A stretch of 64,000 bases of DNA from an uncultured Candidatus Rokubacteria bacterium (GTDB lineage: Bacteria; Methylomirabilota; Methylomirabilia; Rokubacteriales; CSP1-6): contig CAVXJS010000009.1 of the NCBI GenBank assembly GCA_963762145.1, positions 448,001 through 512,000 on the forward strand. The letters are read 5' to 3'. This document shows, piece after piece, positions 41,370-51,082 of this stretch; the stretch's first letter is position 1; every line of letters starts with the position of its first letter. The position numbers were made by a program, and so were the translations under genes. Under the pieces are notes generated by a model, which was not told the DNA's origin, ran no database searches, and worked only from the letters and a program-made list of their open reading frames with translations.

Positions 41370-41551
41370 GGAGACAGGGGGGCGAGGGCCCGGACTTCGT
41401 CTTGTCCAACCGTCCGGCTCGTTGCAGCTTCCTGGTATCCTCTGCCATGGCCGGTTGCCGTAAGCGTCCCGCCCGAGGATGATGGTCTACCTTCCCAGTC
41501 ACTCCCGAGAGACAAAGCGTCGGCTCCCGGACGGGCCCGAACCGTCCTCCC
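41370..41551. ncRNA. Candidate structured ncRNA (possibly 6S-like)
   Basis: Nested pairings GGAGACAGG/CCGTCCTCC, GGGCCC/GGGCCC, CCGTCCGG/CCGGACGG and ATCCTC/GAGGAT in a non-coding gap. Confidence 0.4.
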
Positions 41552-41570
41552 GAGCGCCTGAATGGCACGT

Positions 41571-43070
41571 ATGAGTCTCGAGCCCAACCTTCGCGAGATG
41601 GAGCGCGGCCGTGAGGCGTACTGGCTCGCTACGCCTCGACCTCGCCCGTCAAGCTCCGCTGGCGGGCCGTGACCGTGCGCCACTGCTTCCACGTGCTTCC
41701 CGGCGAGTCGATCCTCGAGCTCGGCGCGGGTAGCGGGCTCTGGACCGAACACCTGACCTCCGTGCTTCGGGGCGAGAACCCGATCACAGCCGCTGTGTTC
41801 AACTCGGACTTAGCTGACCAAGCGTCAGCGCGGCGGCTCGAGAACACCGACGTGGCGCTGGTCAGCGACCTCGGGGCGCTACCTGCCCGCCGAGACTTCG
41901 ACTACGTGGTCGGAACGGCCATCCTGTGTCACGAACGCTATACGGGAATCTCAAACATATTCACCGTCTCTTGAAGCCCGGAGGGCAGATGCTGTTCTTC
42001 GAGGCCAACTACTGGAACCCGCAGGTACTCCCAAGAGCCGGTCCGGCCTTGAGACGGCGTGCCGGAAACGCGCAGTGCCAGGTGGGCATGCGAAAGTACA
42101 AGTTGATGAAGGCCGCGTCGCACCAGGGGCTGACCCACGTCGAGATCGATCCCTTACGACATCGTCCACCATGTGCCACGCTCCCTCGTCCGATCCCGAT
42201 CCAGCAGATCAGCCTTCATTCTCGAGCACGTCCTCCTGGTCCGCGAGGCGTGCGGGACTCTCTACATCTGGGCCGAGAAAACCGGCGAACGGCAAGCCCC
42301 GGCGCCACCGGTCAGCCTCGCCCACCACGAGGAGCCTGCGGGGATCGACGTCCGTGGTCGTGCCCTCGTCGCAACGAGGAGATGAACGTGCCCGGCGCTG
42401 GTCGAGACCCTCCTGGACGCCTATGGCGACTAATCCACGAGATCATCATCGTCAACGACAACGGCACAGACCACACAGCCTAGGTGACGCGAGAGGTCGC
42501 GCAGGACGAGCCGAGAGTCCGGCTCGTCGACCGGCCGCCGCCCAACGGCGTCGGGCTGGCGCTCAGGGACGGCTATGCCGCCGCTACCGGGCGGTACATC
42601 CTCACCATGGACTGTGATTTCGTACAGATCATTCCCGAGCTTCGAGATCTCTTCGATGTCATCGCCGCCGGACATGACGGCGCCATCGGCAGCCGCTTCT
42701 CCCACGAGTCCGTGCTGATCAACTATCCTTTCTTCAAGATCGATCTGCAACCGCGCCTTCCACCTGCTCGTCAGGCTTGTTCTGTCCGGCGGGTCCATGA
42801 TATTTCGAACAACCTGAAGCTCTACCGGGCGGAGATCTTGAAGAGCATCCACATCAAGCAGCGTCACTTCGCGGCGAACGCGGAGACGGGGCTCAAGCCA
42901 CTGCGGCCGGATACGACATCGAGGAGGTGCCGATCTCCTGGATCAACCGGACGCTCGAGATGGGCAGCTCCTCGTTCCGGATCGTGACGGTAGCGCCGAA
43001 CTATCTGGGCACACTGGTGCGGGCGCTCTCCATCGTCTGGAGAGGCAAACCTCGCTCTCGGCCAAGATGA
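41571..43070 (+). CDS. SAM methyltransferase + GT2 glycosyltransferase fusion (multiple frameshifts and one in-frame TAG)
   Basis: ILELGAGSG, LKPGGQMLFFE, NEE, EIIIVNDNGTD, LTMDCD, AIGSRF; fragmented across frames. Confidence 0.75.
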
Positions 43071-43196
43071 ATGGCCGCATCGAGCGTTGTCAGGACCTCA
43101 TCCGCAAGTCACTGACCGTGGAATACGTGAATACGATTCGCCTCGGCGATCACGTCACATACATCAGCGACCTCGGAGAGCTGACGGGCACTCGCG

Positions 43197-44786
43197 GTGC
43201 TTGAGAGGCTGAATCGCCTCGAGGGTCGGGTGGCCGCGGCGCTCGACGCCAGGCGATGGTGGATCGTCGGCGCGGTTTCTCTCCTGTATCTCTCCGTCAC
43301 GTGCGTCCTGGCCCACTACAAGCTCTTCTGGAACGACGAGCTCTTCACCGTGTATATCGCCCGGCAGCCCACGCTCGCCGACATCTCGGCCATCCTGGCC
43401 ACCGGCGTGGAGCAACTGCCTCCCACCTTCCACGTCCTCACGCGCCTGCTGATGCACCTGTTCGGCGAGTATCACCTCACGGTCCGCCTGCCCGCGATCA
43501 TCGGGGTCGGCGCGATGGGGATTTGCCTGTTCATAGTCGTGTCCCGGCGCACGTCGACGGTGTACGGGTTGATCGCGATGCTCCTTCCGCTCGCCACCCT
43601 GCCGCCCGTCGCCCAGGCCTACTCCTATGCGTACGAGGCCAGGCCCTATGGTCTGGTCCTGGCTTTTTCGGCCGCATCTTTGCTGTGCTGGCAGTCGGCG
43701 ACGGACGGACATCGGCGAACCCTCTCGCTCGTGGGGCTGACCGCCACGCTGGCGGCGGCGCTCGCCAGCCACTACTACGCGGTCCTGGTGTTCGTTCCTC
43801 TCGCGGTGGGAGAGCTCGCCCGATCTCTAGGGCGCCGGCGCCTCGATCTCGCGATCTGGGTCGCCTTCTGCGTGGCGACGATCCCGCTCTGGGCCTTCCT
43901 GCCGTTGATTCAGGCCGGTCGGAAGCTCGCCAGCACGTTCTGGACGAAACCGCGATGGGCCGACCTGGTCGGCTTCTACCAGAACATCCTCTCCCCGGCG
44001 GCGGTCCCATTCGTTGTCATCATCCTCATCCTGGCGCTCTATGCGATCGTTCGCTCCTCGGCTGCTGCGGAGCGGAAGGCTACCACCGATGCTTCGCCAC
44101 CCCTGCACGAGGTGGTCGCCGCCCTCGGCTACCTGGCGATCCCCGGCATCGCCATCGTTCTCGCCAAGTTCGTGACCGGAGCGTTCACCGATCGATATGC
44201 GCTTCCGGCCGTGATTGGCTTGGCGCTGATCGTTCCGTGGGGTGCGTATCACCTCCTCGATCGCCGCGCGACGATGGGCGTGGTCCTGGCCGCTCTACTG
44301 TGCAGCTGGTTCGTGGTGATGGTTGGCATCGAGCCGGCGAGGCAGCTACGCCAGGACCGCGCCTATCTCGAAGCGGCCTACCACCTCTTTCGGCGGCTGG
44401 CGCCCGGCGACGAACCGATCGTGATTGCCAGCCCGCATACATTCCTCCAGCTCAGCTACTACGCTCCTCCAGATCTCGTCTCGCGCTTCGTGTACTTGGT
44501 CGATCCGGCCACCGCGCTGCGCTATCTCGACACGGACACGCCCGAGCTGGGGATTCGCGAGTTCCGACGCTGGACACCGCTAAGGATCGAGGACTACGAT
44601 GCATATCTGTCGGCACATCCCCGCTTCCTGCTCTATAATCGCGGCCGTTGGGCCTGGCTGTTACCGGCGCTGGAGGCCAAGAGCGTCCGCATCCAGGTGG
44701 TCGCATTCGATGCCAACCTTCCGCTCCTTCTGGTGGAGGCCGTGCCCAAACCAGCCACGGGCAGAGACCCTGCATCCCCGAGATAA
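43197..44786 (+). CDS. GT-C fold membrane glycosyltransferase (ArnT/PMT-like)
   Basis: FWNDELFT, PP.F, VRLP, YAYEARPY, SHYY, DRY; about 11 TM segments. Confidence 0.85.
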   Translation: MLERLNRLEGRVAAALDARRWWIVGAVSLLYLSVTCVLAHYKLFWNDELFTVYIARQPTLADISAILATGVEQLPPTFHVLTRLLMHLFGEYHLTVRLPAIIGVGAMGICLFIVVSRRTSTVYGLIAMLLPLATLPPVAQAYSYAYEARPYGLVLAFSAASLLCWQSATDGHRRTLSLVGLTATLAAALASHYYAVLVFVPLAVGELARSLGRRRLDLAIWVAFCVATIPLWAFLPLIQAGRKLASTFWTKPRWADLVGFYQNILSPAAVPFVVIILILALYAIVRSSAAAERKATTDASPPLHEVVAALGYLAIPGIAIVLAKFVTGAFTDRYALPAVIGLALIVPWGAYHLLDRRATMGVVLAALLCSWFVVMVGIEPARQLRQDRAYLEAAYHLFRRLAPGDEPIVIASPHTFLQLSYYAPPDLVSRFVYLVDPATALRYLDTDTPELGIREFRRWTPLRIEDYDAYLSAHPRFLLYNRGRWAWLLPALEAKSVRIQVVAFDANLPLLLVEAVPKPATGRDPASPR

Positions 44787-44823
44787 CGCCCTGCTGCCAG
44801 CTGGCAACTGAGGAGCACTGCCT

Positions 44824-45921
44824 TCACGAACCGCCGCGCCCATCCATCCACACTCTTTTGGGACGACGCGCCTCGACACATCGCCGGTATTGCGCCGACA
44901 CGACCAGGAAGCCGTCGTCTAGAAGCTTCTCGACACCTTCGAACCGTCGAGCCGTCGCCTGCTTCAAGCTAAGATTCCGGTTCTCCTTCAATCGAGCCCA
45001 ATACGTCTGATACTCCTCAGCGGCCGAGACCCGATAACGATCGGTCCGCACCGCTTCCTGAACCTTATCGGGGAAGTTGCTCACGAACGGGTAATGCCGC
45101 AGGACACAAGTCAAGTCGGCGATGGCCGCATTTGCAGTGTGATGCCATCTCACGAACGGGAGGAGGGGCGGCGACAGAAAGATCAGGGGAGCTTTCGTGA
45201 GACCGTTCTCGGTTCCGAAGATCGACTTGCGAATGCCCCCGACATGCGCCTTGATGTCGGGGTTGGCAGGGGCGCCGTGGCCGTAAGGCCGCCGCTCGAC
45301 GTTCGACGTATCGTAGTACGGATAGCACTCCTTGAGAGAATCGTCCGGTGCACTCTTCAATTCGTTCAGTGGTATATCGGAAAAGAAGTCGAGCATCTGC
45401 GCCAGCACGGCGGTGTAAGCGTTGGCGTTCAAATATGTCAGGAGTGCGCCCACATCGAGCACCTCGGAGAATGGATAGTCGAACAGCTCGTCTATATCCG
45501 CCATGAGATTCCATCGACCCTCGGAAAATCGCCGCACGAGATACCGCTTCATCACCGTCTCGTACTTTCGATACGGCCGCATGGTCTGGAGGATGGTGAT
45601 CCGCTCGAACGTCCGCGCGAGCTCGACGGTCTGATCGGTGGAACCATTGTCCAACAGGACGATGTGCTTCACGCCCAGCGCCTGGTGATGTTCAATAAAT
45701 GACTTGACGTGGAGTTCACCATTTCTGACCACGCAGAGCACGATCAGCTCGTCGATTGCATACGAGATCTTCCTTGGGCCGTGGAGGTGGCGCACGGTTG
45801 CCCGGAGGATAAGTGGACGAAGGCGAAATTCGACGACCTGCGACAGTCGCTCGCGCAGGCGCTGCACCTTGTGGGAAGTCCGTACCTGACTCTTGAGCCA
45901 CGATACCCAGGATGGACGCAT
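44824..45921 (-). CDS. Glycosyltransferase family 2 protein
   Basis: LCVVRNG, FIEHH..LGV, LDNGSTD, ADIDELF, LTKAPL. Confidence 0.88.
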   Translation of the reverse strand: MRPSWVSWLKSQVRTSHKVQRLRERLSQVVEFRLRPLILRATVRHLHGPRKISYAIDELIVLCVVRNGELHVKSFIEHHQALGVKHIVLLDNGSTDQTVELARTFERITILQTMRPYRKYETVMKRYLVRRFSEGRWNLMADIDELFDYPFSEVLDVGALLTYLNANAYTAVLAQMLDFFSDIPLNELKSAPDDSLKECYPYYDTSNVERRPYGHGAPANPDIKAHVGGIRKSIFGTENGLTKAPLIFLSPPLLPFVRWHHTANAAIADLTCVLRHYPFVSNFPDKVQEAVRTDRYRVSAAEEYQTYWARLKENRNLSLKQATARRFEGVEKLLDDGFLVVSAQYRRCVEARRPKRVWMDGRGGS

Positions 45922-46167
45922 CTAGAGCTGTGATGGGCGAAATAAGGAGTTGACGTGCAGCGCGCCGTTTCTGACCACGGAGAGGACGATCAACTCGTCC
46001 GCGCTATATGGGATCTTTCTCGGACCATGGTGGTGGTGCACGCTCGCCCGGAAAATGAACGGAAGGATGCGATGCTCGATGTCCTGGGGGACGAGGTCGC
46101 CCAGGCGCTGGGCCCGGGGGGATCTCGATATCCGGCTCTTCAGCCGGGATCGCCAGTCTGGAGCCAT
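45922..46167 (-). pseudogene. Truncated paralog of the N-terminus of the adjacent GT2
   Basis: HHHGPRKIPYSADELIVLSVVRNGALHVNS versus HLHGPRKISYAIDELIVLCVVRNGELHVKS. Confidence 0.75.
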
Positions 46168-46332
46168 TTTTTACCTCTTTGCCCCCTCGCCCGAGCTCGG
46201 ATGAGTCGCGCCCGACCCGGTACATCCGAGGATCGGGCCGAAGTCACAGCATGTCAAATCGGCCCCGCGCTCCGGGGAATGGCGGGACGACCGTCGGCGG
46301 CTTGGGTCGAGGCGCCTGGGAGCCGATAGGCC

Positions 46333-48057
46333 TTGTACCGCAGCGAGTTGAAGGCGTTCGCCCTCGTGATGGGCCTGACCGTGGCCTGGTGGATACCCCA
46401 GCGTCATGGCCCCATCGATGCCCGGTCCGATGGCGCGACTTACTACATCCTGGGAACCTCTCTGGCTCAGGGACAAGGATATCGTCTCCTCAACGAACCG
46501 GGGGAGATCCGGGCAGTGCAGTACCCACCTTTGCTCCCGCTGGTGGTCGCCGCACACCAGAAGGCTCTCGCCACCGGCGACTTCGTCGTCGTCGGAACGT
46601 GGCTGCGCGCGTTCTACTTCCTTCTCTCGCTGGCATTGGCGGCCGGGGCCTATCGGCTCGCCCGGGACTACCTGCCGCCGCGGCGGGCACTTCTGGCGGC
46701 GGCGGTCTCGGCCATGGCACTGCACACCTGGTACCTCGCCGGCGTGCTCTACACCGAGATCCCGCTCGCCCTGGTGGCGGTCTGGTTCGCGATCTGTGCG
46801 TGCCGGGCCCACCGTCCAGGATATTGGCTCGCCACTGCCGCGCTGGGTGTGGCCGCATATTCTCTGCGCACGGCCGGCATCGCGTTGCTCGCCGCGTGGT
46901 GCATTTCCGCGCTCGTCGACCGACCCGGGGGAAGGACCGAGGGCGGGCCGCCCGCCTATTCGCGGTTCATGCGAGCGGGCGCCCGCGCCGCCGTCGCCCT
47001 CCTCCCCCTCATCGTCTGGCAGACCTACATCGGATCAGTCACGGCGAGCGACGAATACCACCGTCCGGTCTACCCGTACCAGCGATCCGCCTATCAGTAC
47101 CCCAACGTGACCTATTCGGAGAATATGAGTCTGGTGAGTCCCTTCACGCCGGAGCGGGGACGGATCACGCTCTGGGGGCAGATCTCGCGGTTCGCGATCA
47201 ACGCGGCCTACATCACTCCCTCTCTGGGCGGGGCGGTCACCGCCCAGCGGGGATTCTGGGAACTGACGATCCAGGACATCAACCGCCTGGTGAGGCGCGA
47301 CCTCCTCCCCCGCTGGGCCGCGCTCCTTCCCATGACCGGGTTGGGCCTCGTCATCCTCGCCGGAGCCGCCATCATGCTGAGCCGTCGACAATGGCTCCTT
47401 CCGCTCTGCGGCGCTACTGCCGCCGCTCTGATGTGCTTGACTCCATGGCCCGAGCAGTTCGTCCGCTATTTCACGCCGATGATTCCGTTCCTCGCGATCA
47501 TGCTCGTGACGGCCCTGGGCGCCGCCGTCGACGTGACGGTACCCGCCGACCCCGGTGCAGGTCGACGGCTTCCCCGGTTCGGCCGGGCGCTCATGGTCGC
47601 GGCGCTAGCGATCGTGCTGGCCGAGGACGGCTATGTCACGTGGTGGTCGTTCCACGCACGTCCGGCCATCCCGGTGACCTTCCATGACACGGCCGGTCGC
47701 GCGACGACCACCGCGCGGCTACTCTTCTACGACCCCCAGGCGGCTGCGCTGGATGCGGCGCTGGAGCAGGTGCGCCAGCGGGCGAGGCCCGGTGACGTGA
47801 TGGCCACGACCATGCCGCACTGGGCGTATCTGCGAACCGGAGTCAAGGCCATCCTTCCCCCGATGGAGGCCGACCACGAGGAAGCGCGGCGACTGCTGGA
47901 CACGGTGCCGGTGAGATTCGTCGTCCTGGACGAGCTACGGTACCCGCAGATCAGCCAGCGCTACGCCTCCCCGGCCGTCGAGGGGCACCCGGCCCTCTGG
48001 CATCGTATCTACGAAACCTCCGATGGCCAGGCCCGCCTCTACGAGAGGGTACGCTGA
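46333..48057 (+). CDS. Putative GT-C membrane glycosyltransferase
   Basis: DARSDGATYY..SLAQGQGY, YPPLLP, TEIP, LRTAGIAL, RYF.P; multi-TM. Start codon uncertain. Confidence 0.8.
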   Translation: MYRSELKAFALVMGLTVAWWIPQRHGPIDARSDGATYYILGTSLAQGQGYRLLNEPGEIRAVQYPPLLPLVVAAHQKALATGDFVVVGTWLRAFYFLLSLALAAGAYRLARDYLPPRRALLAAAVSAMALHTWYLAGVLYTEIPLALVAVWFAICACRAHRPGYWLATAALGVAAYSLRTAGIALLAAWCISALVDRPGGRTEGGPPAYSRFMRAGARAAVALLPLIVWQTYIGSVTASDEYHRPVYPYQRSAYQYPNVTYSENMSLVSPFTPERGRITLWGQISRFAINAAYITPSLGGAVTAQRGFWELTIQDINRLVRRDLLPRWAALLPMTGLGLVILAGAAIMLSRRQWLLPLCGATAAALMCLTPWPEQFVRYFTPMIPFLAIMLVTALGAAVDVTVPADPGAGRRLPRFGRALMVAALAIVLAEDGYVTWWSFHARPAIPVTFHDTAGRATTTARLLFYDPQAAALDAALEQVRQRARPGDVMATTMPHWAYLRTGVKAILPPMEADHEEARRLLDTVPVRFVVLDELRYPQISQRYASPAVEGHPALWHRIYETSDGQARLYERVR

Positions 48058-48067
48058 GCGATCGACG

Positions 48068-49798
48068 TCATCGACCCGGCTTCGCGCGGTCGGTCGCAGT
48101 TCCCTCGGTCGGCTCGGCCGAGCGCTCGTACACCGCGACCTGGCCAGACGAGCCCTTGTAGATCTCGGTCCAGCGGGCGGGCGCCGCGCGCAGCACCTCC
48201 ACGGTTGACCGCCGCATGAGATGCGCGATATCGACGTCGGTGCCGTCCAGCACGATGTACTTGACCGGCACGCCATCGAGGAGCGCTCCGGCTTCTTTCG
48301 GATCGGCCTCGAACGGAGGCATGACGGTCTTCGCGCCCGTGACCAGGTATGCCCAGTGCGGCATGGCGGCGGCGACGACGTCGGCGGGCCGGACACGAGG
48401 CCTCAACCATTCCAGCGCCTCGTCGAGCTCCCGATCCGGCCGCGTGTAAAAGAACAGCCGGAATTGCACCGGCGAGCCCCGCCGATCGTGCAGCACGACC
48501 TCGCCGCGGATGGTGCGATATGCATCCAGCACGGTGAACGTCTCCACCATGAGGACGACGCAGACCACTGCGGCGGGAAGCACGCGAGCAATCGCCCGGA
48601 TCGGGACTGGCCCCCCGGGCCACGCCCGGCTTCCCAGGGATCGGAGACACTGGAGCAGGAACAGGACCAGGAAGGGAGCCAGCGGCGACCAGTAACGCTT
48701 CAGCTGCAGGGGCCACGGCGTGAGGCAGACTGCTCCGACGTAGAGCAGGACGTACAAGGCGATGACGCGTTCCGGCCGCGCCAGATGCAGGGCGAGACCG
48801 ACAAGGACCAGCAGCCCCAGGAACGCCACCGCCGCCGTCGCCAACCCAAGGCCACTCGGCTCCCAGGCGAGCGCCCGCAGGCCCGGCACCCGAGCCAAAA
48901 GCGCCTGCCACTGCCCCCGATCCGCGCTCACCGCTTCCCCGAGTGATCGGGGCAGCCGGGTCAGGTTGCCCACCACGCGCCATCCGAGATCTGCCGGGGA
49001 CGCCTTGCCCAGCTCCGGCCGATACGGGTCCCGGAGGGTCAGATTGGTCCCATAGGTGACGTTGTAGAAGAGGTAGTCGGCACGCTGATACGAATACGCG
49101 GGCATCGCATACGACCCGCCCGCCTGCACCCCCGCAACATAGGCCTGCCAGCCCACGATCGGCAGCATCGCGAACGCACACCGGAGAGCCGCCCGCTTGA
49201 ACTCCCGGCGCACCAGACTCTCGCCGATCCATGCCATGAACAGGGCGATTCCGGCCGTTCGTAGCAGGTACGCGCATGTGGCGCACACCGCGGCCGCGAC
49301 CGGACGCCGGCGGGGGCCGGACCCGCCGCTCCAGAGCACGAACAGGACAGAAGCCAGCGCGAAGGGCAGCTCGGCGGAAAGGAGATCCGACAGGAACATC
49401 GTGAACAGGTGGAGCACGCACACCGCCGCGCCGGCCAATGCGTGCCCGCTCGGCAGGAATCGCTGGAGCAGCACGTAGCTGCTCAGCGCGTGAACGGTGA
49501 ACATGAGGAAGAACGTCAGCCGCAGCCAGCGGCCGACGACCATCGGATCACTGCTTCCCAGGACCAGCTGGTGAAGCGCCACGAGGGCGGGGAGGAGCGG
49601 CGGGTACTGCACCGCCTCGATCTCTCCCGGTTCATTCAGGAGCCGGTATCCCTGACCCTGTGCGAGCGCGGTGCCGAGAACGTAGTAGACACCCCCATCC
49701 CAGCGAAGATCGATAGGCCCCCGGAGACGTGGAAGCCAGACCGCGACGATCAAGGCCAGCAGAGCGAGGAAGGCCAGCGAGCGGGTCGAGCGACGCAC
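48068..49798 (-). CDS. Putative GT-C membrane glycosyltransferase, paralog of 46333-48057
   Basis: DLRWDGGVYY..ALAQGQGYRLLNEPGEI, YPPLLP, AELPF, LRTAGIAL. Confidence 0.8.
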   Translation of the reverse strand: MRRSTRSLAFLALLALIVAVWLPRLRGPIDLRWDGGVYYVLGTALAQGQGYRLLNEPGEIEAVQYPPLLPALVALHQLVLGSSDPMVVGRWLRLTFFLMFTVHALSSYVLLQRFLPSGHALAGAAVCVLHLFTMFLSDLLSAELPFALASVLFVLWSGGSGPRRRPVAAAVCATCAYLLRTAGIALFMAWIGESLVRREFKRAALRCAFAMLPIVGWQAYVAGVQAGGSYAMPAYSYQRADYLFYNVTYGTNLTLRDPYRPELGKASPADLGWRVVGNLTRLPRSLGEAVSADRGQWQALLARVPGLRALAWEPSGLGLATAAVAFLGLLVLVGLALHLARPERVIALYVLLYVGAVCLTPWPLQLKRYWSPLAPFLVLFLLQCLRSLGSRAWPGGPVPIRAIARVLPAAVVCVVLMVETFTVLDAYRTIRGEVVLHDRRGSPVQFRLFFYTRPDRELDEALEWLRPRVRPADVVAAAMPHWAYLVTGAKTVMPPFEADPKEAGALLDGVPVKYIVLDGTDVDIAHLMRRSTVEVLRAAPARWTEIYKGSSGQVAVYERSAEPTEGTATDRAKPGR

Positions 49799-49816
49799 GC
49801 GGGCGGGGTTCCGAGC

Positions 49817-50995
49817 CTAGTCGGCTCGCCTCGTGTTGTGGGCCAGCTGGGTGTCCAGGAGACCGAGGACGTAGTCGATGACGCCGGTCACCACAACGAT
49901 GGCCGCGATGACCCAGCAAAACGACATGGCGATGAACCGCGACCAGTGCTCGTACGTGGAGCCGGTCCGGACCAGCTCGAAAAAGCTCGGCAGCACCAGG
50001 AGTCCGCCGCCGATCAGCAGGATCCCGGGAATCCACCACACGAGGCGGCTCGCGAAGAACCGATCGAGCAAGCTCGCGCTCCGCACGTTCAGCGCGATCG
50101 CGACCATCCGGGCGGTCAGATAGCTGGCGCACAGCAGCAACCCGGCGAGCGTTCCCGCCAGGTGGCTCACTACGAACCGGTAGATCATCCACTCCTGCAC
50201 TTCGCGATACCGCGCGTAGTGCGCGGTCGGGGTGAGCATGAGGGCGATCGCCAGCGCGAGCCAGAGCAATCCGAGGATCGCGAGCGGACGCGCGGGTCGA
50301 TAGAGCAGGGCCGCGTCGAGAATGGCCTTCAGGAATCGCAGACCATCCTTCCCGGGGCGGAGCTTCGATTCACCCTCCCGTTCGTGGTACGGCATGTCGG
50401 TCTCCACGATCCGAAGGGTGTCGTTCAGCACCGCGCGGGCGCTCATGGCGGGCGTGAAATGCAGGCCATCCGGCAGCGGGAGCAGCTTCGCGAGACATGT
50501 GCGGCGCACGACCCGCATGCCGCTGGCGGTGTCGCGCACCGGCGAGGAGGACAGCAGGATCAGCAGCCCGGCGAACATGCGATTGCCGACCCGACGGAGC
50601 CAGGGCATCTTGCTCTTCTCGTTGAGGCGACAGCCGAGAGCCACGTCCGCGTCGTGCTCGGTCAGGGTGTTGACCAAGCGAGAAAAGAATCGGGGCTCGC
50701 ACGTGCCGTCCGCGTCGAGGAAGCCGAGCAGATCCGCGTCGGACTGCGTCCACGCTTCCTTGATGGCGGCGCCGTAACCGCGGTTCTCGGGGAAGACGAT
50801 GAGCTTGATCCGATCGCTCCATCGGCTCGCCAGCTCGACGGTGCGATCCGTCGAGCCATCGCTCACCACCGTGATCTCCACGCGCGTCACCGGCGATGTG
50901 CCGATGATGTATTCGCGGGCCTCGAGACATCGCTCGATGGTCTGCTGGATACTGGCTTCCTCGTTGAGCGCGGGGATCGCGATCAGCAGCTTCAT
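49817..50995 (-). CDS. GT2 polyprenol-phosphate glycosyltransferase-like protein with C-terminal TMs
   Basis: IAIPALNEE, VSDGSTD, NRGYGAA, FLDADGT, DTASGMR, R.GESK. Confidence 0.9.
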   Translation of the reverse strand: MKLLIAIPALNEEASIQQTIERCLEAREYIIGTSPVTRVEITVVSDGSTDRTVELASRWSDRIKLIVFPENRGYGAAIKEAWTQSDADLLGFLDADGTCEPRFFSRLVNTLTEHDADVALGCRLNEKSKMPWLRRVGNRMFAGLLILLSSSPVRDTASGMRVVRRTCLAKLLPLPDGLHFTPAMSARAVLNDTLRIVETDMPYHEREGESKLRPGKDGLRFLKAILDAALLYRPARPLAILGLLWLALAIALMLTPTAHYARYREVQEWMIYRFVVSHLAGTLAGLLLCASYLTARMVAIALNVRSASLLDRFFASRLVWWIPGILLIGGGLLVLPSFFELVRTGSTYEHWSRFIAMSFCWVIAAIVVVTGVIDYVLGLLDTQLAHNTRRAD

Positions 50996-51082
50996 CGGTG
51001 ATCGTGCCCCCGCCATGACCGCATGGCATATCTTACCCTCTTTCTTGACGTCATCTTCGGGGCCCACTATCGTACACAGTGG

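Noticed and set aside
41400-41520. Cobalamin riboswitch or SRP RNA
   Set aside because: Only isolated sub-motifs (ACTGGGAAGG, CAGGAAGCTGC) are present; the remaining conserved elements are absent.
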